A stretch of 64,000 bases of DNA from Lenisia limosa (Eukaryota > Protista > Breviatea): contig LPNZ01008880.1 of the NCBI GenBank assembly GCA_001655205.1, forward strand, positions 12,775 through 76,774. Reading direction: 5' to 3'. The notes below the pieces were generated by a model, which did not search any database, was not told the DNA's origin, and worked only from the letters and a program-made list of their open reading frames with translations. The translations under genes were made by a program, and so were the position numbers. The first letter of the stretch is position 1, and every line of letters begins with the position of its first letter. Of this stretch, positions 11,398 through 24,071 are shown one piece after another.

Positions 11398-13099
11398 CTT
11401 GGGTCAGCATGCTGCTCCGGGGCAGCTAACGGGGCGACCGGAGGGAAGTGCGACTTCAAGACGTGTCCTGCAGCGTGATGCCATGCCATTGCTACGGATG
11501 ATTTGTGAAAGCATTCAACCCCTCTCACGCATTTTGAGCAGAAAAGGCACGATCAAATTTGGTAGCATATATCTGGAGAGTCAATGGAAGGCGGAAGGAA
11601 GCGGTTCCATACCTTGGCTTTGCAGTTGTGAGCACAACGTCGTCCAATGATAACCCGCCGTGACACACCCCATGGGTATGAAGAAAGGACAAGACTAGAA
11701 GATCAGACTCGCATTGCTACGACCGTAGGAGATTGCTCTCTTATCCGTCCTCACAATGCCGCCATCTCCACCCACTTGAAATGAGCTCTTGGCACAGTTT
11801 GCGAGCCTGGTTGGGCCGGTCAGCAGGGGGAATCTTCGGAATCAGCGACTTCAGACGAACTGTGGCAGATAAGGCAATGGAGCATTGGTAACTCTTTGAG
11901 TAATAGCAACATGCTCTCTCCTTTGGCAAGAATTCGATCAATCTATCTGCACTTTTTCGTAACCTCGTGTGAAAGGTTCCACCACCAACCTCCTTGCACT
12001 TGTGTGAACGCGAACAGTGTTTCCTTGGGCGTTGCGGCAACCTGAAATACTCAATGAGGCATTCGGATGAACGTCACTAAGCAGCCTTGCCCTCGAACCT
12101 CGAGGAGTCGTGGCAGCCCTGGGTGCTGGTGGCCTAACTTGGTCCACCACTCTATCTCTGCTGTCACCACAGATGTCAAGTGCTCGCCTTGAGGGTTGCG
12201 AAATATCTGCCGTGGGTAAAGCACAAAAAGAAGAGTCTAATGTGACGATCATAAGGGATCTTCACCTTCACTAATGAAGATTAACAACGGCTCGACAAAC
12301 TTTTAAACTGACAACTTGATCAGTTGGGAAGTGAACCCCTTGATGCGTTCGAATTTGCGCTGTGTGCTTATCTATGGTTTGGGAGGGTGAATGTCTGCAC
12401 ACAATCGCTAGCTAAAAACCCAACTAATTACATAAGAAGATACAATAAAACTTTCACCAATCCACCCACAAGAAGTCTTCCCTATGAAATAGTCCTGAAT
12501 GGACCGGTTCAGTCGAAGCGAAGCGTGTTTGCTGGTGTCAGCCTACGTGGGATTAACCCAACTTCACAACGGCAGTCAACTATCATTACAAGATATTGCT
12601 ATTTTTGTAGCCTACCAGCTGGAGGGCGAATTAAAACTCTTTGCCAAGTGCATTACAAGAACTACAGTCATATATATTGCTCATTTATCGACGGAGATGT
12701 ATGGAAAGCTAACTCAGAGAGAACTGTATCTTGCGTATCAACAGGCAATCCTAAGTAATTCTCTTTTTTTTATAAAAATAATGCAGTTTTCAAAGAGGCT
12801 TGGTATGATTTCAAAAGAGAGAACAATGAGTGAAATAACCAAGTCATAGTAAAGGTGTCGAGATTTTTACTCAAATAATATTGCTCCAACGTAAGGAAAC
12901 CATTTATCCCACCTGCAGTGACGTGAGAGACGTTTTTGTAACCTTTGGAGACTCTAAAGAAGGTTATGCTGGAGGAGAGAGGGGTAGGCGAACTCTTAGG
13001 TTTGGCTTGACCAAGGCTACTCCATAAATCGTTGAGATTTTTAGGTCGTTCATTCTTATCGTCTTTGGAAACGTCCCCAAAAGACGAATCGCTGCCCAT
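11398..13099 (-). CDS. Protein-kinase-fold pseudokinase, multi-exon, 3' end lost at the gap
   Basis: Spliced minus-strand exons: MGSDSSFGDVSK...; EIEWWTKLGHQHPGLPRLLEVAATPKETLFAFTQVQGG (subdomains III-V); LSFLHTHGVCHGGLSLDDVVL (VIb, no HRD); RYMLPNLI (VII, no DFG); PLAAPEQ (APE). Confidence 0.6.
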
Positions 13100-13649
13100 G
13101 GGGGAAAATTAATGAGAAGGCATTATTCCTTTCCACTTTTTCATGATAGTATAATAAAAAAATTTATCATCATTGGTTAAATCTACCAGCTGCATCCTCA
13201 AATCCTGAAAAATATTTTTCACATAAATGCTACCGGTCCGGGCAAGTTTTTGCTTGTTTCTGTGTTTTTGTTGTCTTGTTGTCTTTGCACTCTCTCTAAG
13301 ATAGTTATATAAGTTTATCTGTTAGAAACGGACAATTTCAGTGGACAGTCCCGAAACTAAAACAAGTCTCGTTGTAGTAGAGCCCGTGCTGAGCGTCCCC
13401 CCCTGAATGTAGTCACCCAAGTGGTGTAAAATGTCACATAAACCGTCACAGAAACTCGGTAGGTCCCACCCTTCCCTTGATCTCTTTGGCTTTTTCTTGT
13501 ATCATTTGAGGTGTTAAAGTTTTTTGATTATAACCAGAGACTAAGTTGAGTCCATGTTGAATTCTGTTTTCATAGTTCGGTATTAGTAGCACCTATTACT
13601 TCCTAAAATCATTTCTTTCATCAAACAGTTCCTCTTATTCTTGTAAACC
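13100..13649. promoter_or_regulatory. Probable bidirectional promoter region between the pseudokinase and katanin p80 starts
   Basis: About 550-bp non-coding interval between two divergent ATGs; inferred from gene layout only. Confidence 0.3.
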
Positions 13650-16600
13650 ATGTCGCTGAATAATGGGTTCAGTACTGAAGTAAAGGGGCTTTGTTTTCTT
13701 CCCCATTCATGCATTCACCTCTTTAGCGGAGGTGACAGCCCACTCGTCAGCAGTGACATGCGCGTCATTTGGCCGCAAGTCGGGCCGTGTGGCTATCTCG
13801 GGTGGTGATGACAACAGGGTCGCCGTGTGGGCGGTCGGCAAGTCTTCAGCTATTATGGTGGGCGATGCTTGCTAATGGGAATATTGATTTATATATTTAC
13901 ACTAGGGGCCCTTTTTTTGTGTCGTTATCCTTGAAATATGTGCAGCTTTCGCTCTCTTTCGCCTGTCATGTCCTTTAGACGCTCCCCGGTCATTTAAACA
14001 GTGTTCGTGCAGTTACCTTCGATCACAGCGAGGAATATGTGAGCCCCAACATTTGGGTCATTGTGAACCCTTCCTATTTGACAATACCTGGTTGTAATTT
14101 TTTAGGCTGTTTCTGGATGTATATCAGGGTCTCTCAAATTCTGGGATCTTGGTACCGGTAAATGTGAGTGGATTCATAGGAGACAGTAATTGAGGATCGA
14201 ACCATTCTCTAATGCTCCAGGCACTCGCACTCTCCAGGGCCACAGGGCTGAGGTGTCCACAGTGGACTTCCATCCCTACGGCGAGTTCTTCGCTTCGGGT
14301 GGGTGGAACATCAATTTCCTACTTTCAGTGGCAACAATGGCTCACCTTGCAGGGTCGTGTGACAGTTCTATGAAAGTTTGGGACGTGAGGCGTAAAGGCT
14401 GCATCCAGACCTACAAAGATAGGGACCCCGGGGTACAAGTATGCAAAGCCTCATGGTGGTTTAGTCTAACCCCCTAGATCAAGTCATTGATTTTTAGCCC
14501 AGATGGCAGGTGGCTGGTTTCTGGAGGATCGGACGGCAAAGTCAAAGTATGAACAATTGGGTAATTATTTGACGTGTATTTATGCCCTGATGCCATCATA
14601 TGGAAATTATCGTATCCCCACTTATTACGGACCATTAATTTGTGTTGTAACCCCCCCCCCCCCNNNNNNNNNNNNNNNNNNNNNNNNNNNNNNNNNNNNN
14701 NNNNNNNNNNNNNNNNNNNNNNNNNNNNNNNNNNNNNNNNNNNNNNNNNNNNNNNNNNNNNNNNNNNGGCGGCGCAGTCACCGATCTTGTCTTCCATCCC
14801 CACGAGTTCCTTTTAGCTTCGGTTGGCTCGGCAGGGTCCATTGATGGTTACCAGGCTGATATTTGATTGCGAAACTTACCACGCAGAGCGGACTGGACAA
14901 AGTGGTCCGGTTCTGGGACGTGGACTCCATGCAGCCGGTGGCGTCGTCAGTGGTGGAGGCGTCTCCGCAGAAGTGCCTGGCTTTCGAGCCCGAGGGTGAA
15001 GCTATTTTGTCGGCTTCCTCGGGCAGTTTGAGGGTATGATGGGGAGGCGTTTTATCAATGGTATTGTAACTTCCTTGTGCTTTTTGCTACTATCTGTGTT
15101 ACTATTATTATGTTATTTACTTTGCTCTTCATTTTGATGCTTTTATGGTTTATGTATTTGGAATAAGGTATTACATCTCCGATATCATTCTTATTCTTAT
15201 TTCTTCACCCAATTTGGTATTGTTAGCCCAGCTTGGTCCCAGTCACCCCACCCCCCACCCCAGTCAATGACATGGGAGCCGAGTCGAACATGTGACGTGG
15301 TTCCGATGAGCTGGTCCAAGCCTGTCGACTTGATCACTGTCGAGGACAAGGCTTTCACCCTGGCGACTTCGGGTAGGCACCCATTCTGTCACTGTTGTCT
15401 CGCCTGTTTACAAAGACTGTTCTAACTCTCAGGAACATCACTCTCTTTTTGGGTAATTGATCTCTCCAAAATTGCGCCCATGGGCGCAGGCTTCAGGTCC
15501 CAAGGTATTCAGAGTGAATTTATTGTCAAAGCATTAATTTCATCTTTATTTTCGGCAATCCTCACCTTTTAGTTTTGCCACAAACCCCCTCGGGTGTTGA
15601 CAGTGACTATCACCAAAACTACACTCCTCCGTGTTAGCCTTATAAGAATTACACATATTAAGAGGCTATCCTTTTTATTTAATTAAACAAACAACTTAAT
15701 GAAATATACATGTACACGCCATTTTGGTCTCTTTTTTTTTGCATCAATGAGCTCCTATGAGTCTCAGAATGATGCCCAAACACTTTTTGGGTGTTTTTCA
15801 AAAATATGTGGTTGCAACAGTCACAATTACTGAAAAAAAGTGAAAACCCCCAAAACGGTTTATGGGTAATATGTAAGATTTTTTGGAGGAAATTTCTAAT
15901 TTGTTAATTATTTTTGATTGAACTGAACTGAAAGTACCTAGCTACCTTTTAAAATGCTTTTTTTTTAATCTCTCCACCTTTTTTACACGTTATACTATGG
16001 GAGGTAAAGAAATTTCACCTGAAATTAGAGGCCAAATAGAAATGTTGCACAGAAGAGGGTTCTTCAACTCCAAGATTAAAACCTGGATCACACAAGATCT
16101 TCCAACAGGATCTATTGCCACAATTGTCAGCAAGTTGAAGATTAAAGGAACTATTAAAGTTGAGAAGCGTTCTGGAAGGCCACGTGCTTTGACGAAGTCC
16201 AACGAACTGCACCTCCTCCGATAGATTCGAGAACCTCCCAAGCGCCCTATGTCAGTCCATGCTGCTGTTGTATCCCAGAAACTTGGTAAGACCGTCTCGC
16301 GTTATACTCTTCGTCGTGTTGCTAAGAAATATGATATGGTTATATCAGAAAGAAGCCTAATTATCTTCTTGAATGGTTTTGTTCATATTTGTTAATTAGG
16401 ATTGCCCAATCCCCGATTTCAATCCAATTGAGCATGTTTGGGAAATTTTGAACAGAAGAGTAAGGGCACGTGGAATATTTTCCAATGTCAACGTATTATT
16501 TGATGCACTGAAGGAAGAATGGGAGGCTATTCCAGTCTATGATTCAAAATTTAATTTCGTCAATGCCAAGAAGATGCCAAGCTGTAATTGACAATGGCGG

Positions 16601-19270
16601 TCTATTTACTAAGTATTAATGCATTTTTCATTCAATTACAAGTAAAAACATAGAAAAGACGAACTATTACCCATAAACCGTTTTGGGGGTTTTTACTTTT
16701 TTTTTCAGTAATTTTGACTGTTGCAACCACATATTTTTGAAAAACACCTAAAGANNNNNNNNNNNNNNNNNNNNNNNNNNNNNNNNNNNNNNNNNNNNNN
16801 NNNNNNNNNNNNNNNNNNNNNNNNNNNNNNNNNNNNNNNNNNNNNNNNNNNNNNAAAACGCGGGAGAAAACTCACACAGCAAGTCAATTTTGGGATCAAA
16901 AAAGTTTACATAAGGTGACCTGAATGGTATACTATGAGACAAACCTCAAAAATATAACCTAAAAATTCAGAGTAATTTGACAATTAGGTAATCATATGAA
17001 TATCTACTACCCCCCTTCTCATATCCCAGCAACAGGCCGGCGGAGAGAAGAACTCGCAAAACCAAGACCTGCTACTTCAGCCATTCCTTGTGGGCTTTTT
17101 TCTTAGAACATTTACCTTTTGTGTGAATGAAATGCAGTGCAGAATGGACTACAATAGCCTGCGTTTTTATTATTCAAACCCGTGTGTGGGCCTTATATTT
17201 CCATTTACCCCCCCCCCCCTCCAGCCTCACTTGAACAAGACCGTCAAAGTAAACTGGCCGAAGCCAAACGAAGAGGACGAGAATTGAAGAAGCAAGAATC
17301 GCAGCAAAACGTTTCAGTGAGGGGTGTGGTATTACCAGGAAAGAGCCGGAAATTGGTCAAACTGGTCACCTTATCTCGATTACCCTCTAGGACGACCCTA
17401 AGTCCCCTTTTGCCCCTTCCGCTGAAATTCCGAGAGGAAACACTTCTGCTGGAGGTCGAAGTGAGGGGTGTTCGTAGTGCTTTGTATAAGAAGACAACTT
17501 TGACGGTTTAGCCCCTAACACTCGCCCCACCCGCCCCGCAACTTCNNNNNNNNNNNNNNNNNNNNNNNNNNNNNNNNNNNNNNNNNNNNNNNNNNNNNNN
17601 NNNNNNNNNNNNNNNNNNNNNNNNNNNNNNNNNNNNNNNNNNNNNNNNNNNNNNNNNNGTTGAGGACAATCTCACTGCTGACCCTTCAATGTCTCCTCTT
17701 CCCGGCCAACACTACCCTCAGGTTGGACTCTAGCTTTGTTCCACGACATTATTTTTTATACACAACTTGTACAAAAATGGTGAGTTATCTCTGATGCCCT
17801 GTGGATATAAGAACCACATTTTTGTCCAAGGTAGTGATAGCAAGCGAGGAGTCAGAGCTGTTTCTTTTCCACTATTCACTATAGTTACAATTNNNNNNNN
17901 NNNNNNNNNNNNNNNNNNNNNNNNNNNNNNNNNNNNNNNNNNNNNNNNNNNNNNNNNNNNNNNNNNNNNNNNNNNNNNNNNNNNNNNNNNNNNNNNNNNN
18001 NNGTGTTTCTCGTTCTGCATATTTTGTAGAAGTTGGTGCAGTTTTTGAATTAATTTTTTTAATTATAATTATTATTATTTTTTTTGGAGAAATTAATAAT
18101 TAATACGAAATTAATTTAAAATTAATTTATAATTATTTAATTCATTTTCAACAATATTGTCGTTATTGGTTAACTTTCATCATTTGTCCGAAACAAAAAA
18201 ATCAAGTCAAAAAAATCTAGTCAAAAAAAAAAAGCAAAAATACAGAACTTTTATCTTATTTTTGTTTGAAAAAAAATCAACTCGAAAATGTTCTGGAAGT
18301 TTCTGGAATTTATTNNNNNNNNNNNNNNNNNNNNNNNNNNNNNNNNNNAACAATCCAAAAGAACTTTGTTTCTGAGATTTTTTTTGGAAAATATTAATTG
18401 ACAAAATTAATTAGGAATGAATTCATAACTAATTTAAAATTAATTTAGAGAAATTATTGGTCCAAAAAAGTAATTGAAATTAATTTTTTTACAATTAATT
18501 TCGAATTAATTTCAAAATTAATTGCACCGACTTCTCATATTTTGACCGTTTTTTCTTTATCCTTGCCAATTTTTCTTTTTTTTGTAGTTTAATTTCTCTT
18601 ATTGCGTAGGGCAACTTGGACGATTCAAAAACTCCCTCTTCGTAAGCGCTGAGTGCTTTTTCACATATTGAGATATAGTTTATTTTTCAAACACAAGCTA
18701 TTTGCATTTACTGTGTTAGACAAGCGCTTCACCCTGTACCTGCCATTGCCAACCAAATCATCTCTACCATGGAAGAGGTGGGCTGCATAAATTGGCTAGA
18801 TTCCTAGATTGCACAATAAGCTCACCGCCTCTAGGTTCTCGAGATAGCTCTGGACCCGCACCAACGCTCAATGGCCTTTATGACCAAGAGGTTGCAGGAT
18901 CTTGATGCGGTGGCGGAAACTTTCAGAAGGGGACAAACTAAAAGTGGGAGGGTTGCTTGATTGTTGAATAGTCCCGTAGTCAATCTCACTTGTTTGGAGT
19001 TTCAGTTTATTCGGTTCGTGATTAGTACCATTATGCCATCGAAATTTCCTTTGTTTTACTCCCTCCAGTTGGCATCCGGCGCGTGATCGACTCCGACGAC
19101 ATCGGCCTGACTGCTGACGTTTTGTCGTCCCTCCCTCTCAAGCTCCTGGACCTCGAGTCGTGTGTCATGGTCGCCTCAGCGCTGCCGGACCTCTTCAAAA
19201 GCAGCATCAGAGAGTGTGTTGGTGTTATGGGCTTCTGATCTACCTTGCTATTGATGGTGTTATGGGCTTC
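13650..19270 (+). CDS. KATNB1: Katanin p80 WD40 subunit B1, multi-exon, 3' end lost at the gap
   Basis: [80 protein letters not shown]; con80-like C-terminal region [48 protein letters not shown]. Confidence 0.9.
15715..16755 (+). mobile_element. Tc1/mariner element copy B in a katanin intron; internally deleted, non-autonomous
   Basis: Near-identical to 10729-11387 and 19280-19766; [21 protein letters not shown] start, premature stop and frameshifts; RKKP joined directly to NYLLEW; right end runs into a gap. Confidence 0.9.
18027..18535. mobile_element. AT-rich foldback/MITE-like element with 9-bp target-site duplication (Mutator-like), in a katanin intron
   Basis: AGAAGTTGGTGCA (18028) / TGCACCGACTTCT (to 18535) begin imperfect long inverted arms; flanked by perfect CATATTTTG at 18018-18026 and 18536-18544. 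Confidence 0.65.
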
Positions 19271-19279
19271 TGGTCTACC

Positions 19280-19766
19280 NNNNNNNNNNTTTGCCCAATC
19301 CCCCGATTTAAATCCAATTGAGCATGTTTGGGAAATTCTGAACAGAAGGGTAAGGGCACATGGAAAATTTTCCAATGTCAACGTATTATTTGATGCACTG
19401 AAGGAAGAATGGGAGGCTATTCCCCAGTCTATGATTCAAAATTTAATTTCGTCAATGCCAAGAAGATGCCAAGCTGTAATTGACAATGGCGGTCTATTTA
19501 CTAAGTATTAATGCATTTTTCATTCAATTACAAGTAAAAACATAGAAAAGACGAACTATTACCCATAAACCGGTTGGGGGTTTTCACTTTTTTTTTCAGT
19601 AATTTTGACTGTTGCAACCACATATTTTTGAAAAACACCTAAAGAATGTTTGGGCATCATTCTGAGACTCATAGGAGTTCATTGATGCAAAAAAAAATAA
19701 AAAAAGACCAAAATGGCGAAAAGCTAGGACCAAAACACTTTGTCTTTATACTTTTGCCCGCCACTG
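19280..19766 (+). mobile_element. Tc1/mariner element, right half (copy C): transposase C-terminus and right TIR
   Basis: [20 protein letters not shown]...[18 protein letters not shown]; terminus TTTTGCCCGCCACTG is the reverse complement of the 10729 end. Confidence 0.9.
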
Positions 19767-19856
19767 ATTATATTCTACAAACACGGATTGTGATGAATTG
19801 AACAGTTACATAATATCATTATACTAAAAGGGAATTCTAATCCTAAAACAGCAAGT

Positions 19857-22807
19857 TTACTTAGTCCACCCCTGGAAGAGGTCGTTGCCCTTGTCATCGC
19901 AAATAATGAAGGCAGGGAAGTTTTCTACGTCTATCTTCCACACAGCTTCCATTCCAAGCTACTCAGTGAAGATTGTTTACCCATTATTTCAAACCCATTT
20001 CCAGCTACCTCAGGATACTCAAGGACTTCAACGTTTTTGATGCAGTCCTGGGCCAAGCGAGCAGCTGGTCCACCAATAGAACCTTGGAAGTTACAATTCA
20101 ACTTTATGTCACACTGGCCTAAGAATCAAGGTCTAATAATTTGTTGAGTGAGATAACTTACCAAGATAGAATCCTCCATATTTCTTGCATGATTGACGAA
20201 CCTAAATATATCAAGCAAAAGGTAAATATGATATCTCATTCAAAAAGGTAGTAGGCATACCACGGGGGACCGGTTTCCCTTGGCCAAAGTGATGAGAGAG
20301 CCACCCTCAGGCATCAAATCGGGAAGATAGCTGTCCATTCGGGCGGCAGTGGTGGGTCCAAATGAACCTGAAATTGTTGTCAGACACCACTGAATTTCCA
20401 CATTATTTGTAGCGCATTTCTCTGACCATCCGTAGCACCCATCCCACCAGAAGGCATTCCATCGGGCTGCTTTGCTGGGCCGGCGTAATAAATAACATGG
20501 TTCTTAATGTACCTATGATATCAGTTGAAAACTATAGAAACCTTAAATGTATCACTATGTGGTATTATATGATAGAATACATTCTGAGATTTTGGTATTG
20601 CATTGTAATACTGTTCAAGAGACACTAAAAGAAAAATCCAGGCCTACTCTGGGATTTTCCCAGTTTGGGTGAGTTGGTCTTTGAATTTGGCATGGGCAAT
20701 ATCTCTAAAAAAGTCAATTGAGTAAAAGCCAAACCTTGCAACAACAATTGTTCCATTGAGACTGAGACGCGAGCCAATCGGGAGTCTTAAACGTTAACAT
20801 AGAGAATTAATAACAAATACCAACTGAGATAACTTGTTTCGAATGGAAATCATCGGTTGATTGAGATTAATGTCCACTACTTCAGCATCTGAAATCTTTT
20901 CCCTATGATAAGACAAGTTAGTGAGTTGAGAAGGACAAACTGAATAGCGGCTTCGGGAAGGAATTGCCCGGGGTCCTTCTCAAGCTTTTCAAGGTAGACT
21001 CCAGTCCTGCAGTTGTCAAACTTAAACCACACTAAATGTAACTTTTTTACGCCTGAAAATGAACCACCCCAATATTACACGTAGAAGATTTAGAAACAGG
21101 TTTTTAATTATTCCAAATTATTTTACCACAATGTAACTAAGAAAAAAATAATATGCCATTTCTGGCAACAAAGAAAAACCACAAAGTTATACTTCATCAT
21201 CTTAGAGGGACTATTGGACTCACTTATCAGCATAGGCCTTGATTTGTCTGTCAGCACTACACGAAACTCCAAGTCCAACTGGGCATGAGGCGCCATGTCT
21301 GAAGGCATGGCTCAAAAGAAAGGAACCATGGTGTAAATAACAGGATTTCTTTAGTGACGTAGCTCCCTGACAAACCTTGGAAGACGGATAACACGTGCAT
21401 CATGAGCGAAGTATTTTCCTCCAAACTGAGCTCCAATTTCAGTCTGCTGACACATCTCAAGAACCATCTTCTCAGCTTCGAGGTCTCTAAAGCCCCTTCC
21501 GCCTTTACTTCCTTCCGTTGGGAGGGTGTCCAGAGCCTTACAGCTAGCGAGCTTAACTGTTTTCAGGCATGTTTCGGCAGATGTTCCTCCAACAACCAAT
21601 GCGATATGGTAGGGTGGACATGCGGCTGTGCCAAGAAGACGGACCTAGAATCATCAATATCATGACTGTTTCTCACTTTGGTGTCAATGAACTCACGAAA
21701 ACTGTTGGGGTTGAGGAGGGCCTTTGTTTCCTGGGTGTCATTGGAAAATTGTAATGAGAACATACCTGGAACAAGAAAGTCTTATTTGCAGATCCGCCGC
21801 CTTTGGCAACGAAGAGCATGTCGTAACGAGACTCTTCTCCTAAAGAACAATTATAACATGTTTATCCTCCACAATAGGAAAAATAAGTAGTAAGTATTAT
21901 ATTAGGTGTGAATGTTTATCAAAAAATAGTCCTGACAAATAAAGATAAAGCTCAATATCCCATCCATGACTTATTGTGGTCAGTTTATATGATATGATGT
22001 TAATATATATATGATATGATATACTAATACCCATGTCTAAAACAGATCCTCAAAACCTCTCCCAACCTGCATAAAGGTCAATTTGGGCGGGGAGGTTGGT
22101 TTTGGTGTTCACTTCATCGTACATATTCAAAGGTGCGTTTTGAGAATATCTGAATGTCAAATTTCTAACTACAACGTACCTCAAGTTCAGCTTTGTATAT
22201 GCGTCATAGACTCCGTGTGAGAATTGCTCTTTATCAGAGCCGTCTGTCCAAACATTTTGCCCACGAGTTGCAGTAATAATGGCCGTGCCTAGTGAATGGT
22301 TAAATATTATTAATAATTAAGATCAAAATTCAGAGAATCAATAAAAAAGAATTGGGGACATACCTGTGTCTTGACAAGAAGGTAAAACACCAGCAGAGGC
22401 AACAACAGCATTTTTAAGAAGATCAAGTGCAACAAATCTGAATGTTGATTCCTCGTTATAACTTGAAGCATGCATACCTGTCATTAGCAGTGGCTTCAGG
22501 GTCATCAAATATAGAGCTCAACTGCTTCAAATGTGCTGTTCGGTAGTAGTGGTTAATATTTCTAAAGTGTCAGAGTCACCAGAAATCCCACTTGAATGCC
22601 TCAAATGTTGTGAGTCGCAGCGCCTCAGAGTCGACATTCAAAACCTCCCGACCGTTGACGTTGGTCACCTCCACTGCATCAGAAATCTACAGTGTTGGTA
22701 AATGAGAAGGGAAAATGCATGTCCTCAAGCTGCACAAACCTTTTCAAATTCAGTTTCCGTGTCAGGGCTCAGCTGAAACATGGCTTCATACTTGAACTCT
22801 GGTGCTC
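19857..22807 (-). CDS. fumA: Class I (Fe-S) fumarate hydratase, multi-exon; start codon not resolved
   Basis: [104 protein letters not shown]. Confidence 0.92.
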
Positions 22808-23419
22808 CTAGAATAAGATTATTAAGTTGAAAAAATAAGAAAGTTCTTATAAGAAGTTGTTTTTGCGGTTTTTTTGCGAGAGAAAAAAAAGCTGAAGTAG
22901 ATTGGAAGTAGAAGCAGACGGAATCAGGTAGGTGGAATACAAATTATTTCACATTTTTTGTCGACATCTCTAGATGCCCATATGCGGCATTCAGTCCGGT
23001 TTTTTTTTCAAAAATTTTGAAGAAAATGGCTTTGTGGCTTGAATTTGCAATATAGGAATATAGGGGCGACACCAATGTTAAAATAAAATAAAGGCAAAAT
23101 TTAACATTTTTCGAAAAATTCAAAACCCGCCAAAAATGACCCCATCAACCGACCATCTTTACAATATAACACAAATTTATTTACGTGGTGTTGGATGTCA
23201 GAAGACAGGTGACGTTCTCTCATGTATGTCATGTATCAGTAATATTTTTTAATATATAGTCTGCCTTTTTTAAGGTAATATGTATACCAGTGGTCGCCCA
23301 TGTTGGCAATAAGTATTAAAAAAATTCTGCCTGGAGTGTACGACCATTATTGAGACACTGTATACCGTACACCGCTATTCAACCGCCACTTTTTTCGGCA
23401 AGATCTTTCTCGATATAAA

Positions 23420-24071
23420 GAGGGGAGGGGGGCCTCCTCACAATATGACACAATTTTTTGCTATTTTGGGTTTTTGTTGTTTTGGATATAAACTGGTCCA
23501 GCTACACCACAGATCCCAAGTTTATGTTTTTAAACTTATTTTCCAAAAAAATGAAGTGAACTGAACTGAACTTTCTTAGGAATTTTACAATTTCGTATCT
23601 ATTTTTTACAAATGATTATAAATGTCTTATTATGAACAAGAAAGATTATGAAAATAACACCAGAAATTCATTGTTAAGATTTGGTAAAAACTTCATAAAA
23701 GCACGAATAACAGCTCACATCTACGAGCATGGACTTGATTAGGTTCATCACGTCATCTCGGTATTGGAATTCCAGGCAGATTTCAAATTGTGCACCAAAA
23801 TTTCAAATTGAAGAAGTCCCAAAAATTGGTACGAAATTCTAAAATTTCCTAATTTAGAAAGCTCAGTTCAGTTCAGTTCATTTTTGGTAAGTTTAAAAAG
23901 GTTTTTTCTTGGGTTTCTCTGGCTGTGGCAAAAAAAAAACAAGCGTATTAAAATAATGCGACCATGCCAGCTGTATACCGTACGCCACCACTGAAAACAC
24001 ACTGTACACTGTCACTTTTATCAACCACCAGAGTGGTAGTAAACATATTATGAGGAGCCCCCCACCCCCTT
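23420..24071. mobile_element. MITE/foldback element with G-rich termini and near-perfect 9-bp TSD (Mutator-like)
   Basis: 28-nt terminal inverted repeats (23/28 identical) at 23420-23447 and 24044-24071; inner inverted arms about 23527-23600 versus 23830-23900 (GAACTGAACTGAAC); flanks CGATATAAA / GGATATAAA. Confidence 0.6.

Noticed and set aside
11398-12850. Degenerate LINE/DIRS retroelement suggested by WW and Cys motifs; plus-strand ORFs 12324-12758 and 12499-12849
   Set aside because: No RT or RNase H motifs; the stops fall in GT-AG introns of the pseudokinase model.
18028-18040. Resemblance of GTTGGTGCA to Hsmar1/MADE1 mariner ends
   Set aside because: No TA duplication; the 9-bp TSD argues for a Mutator-like element.
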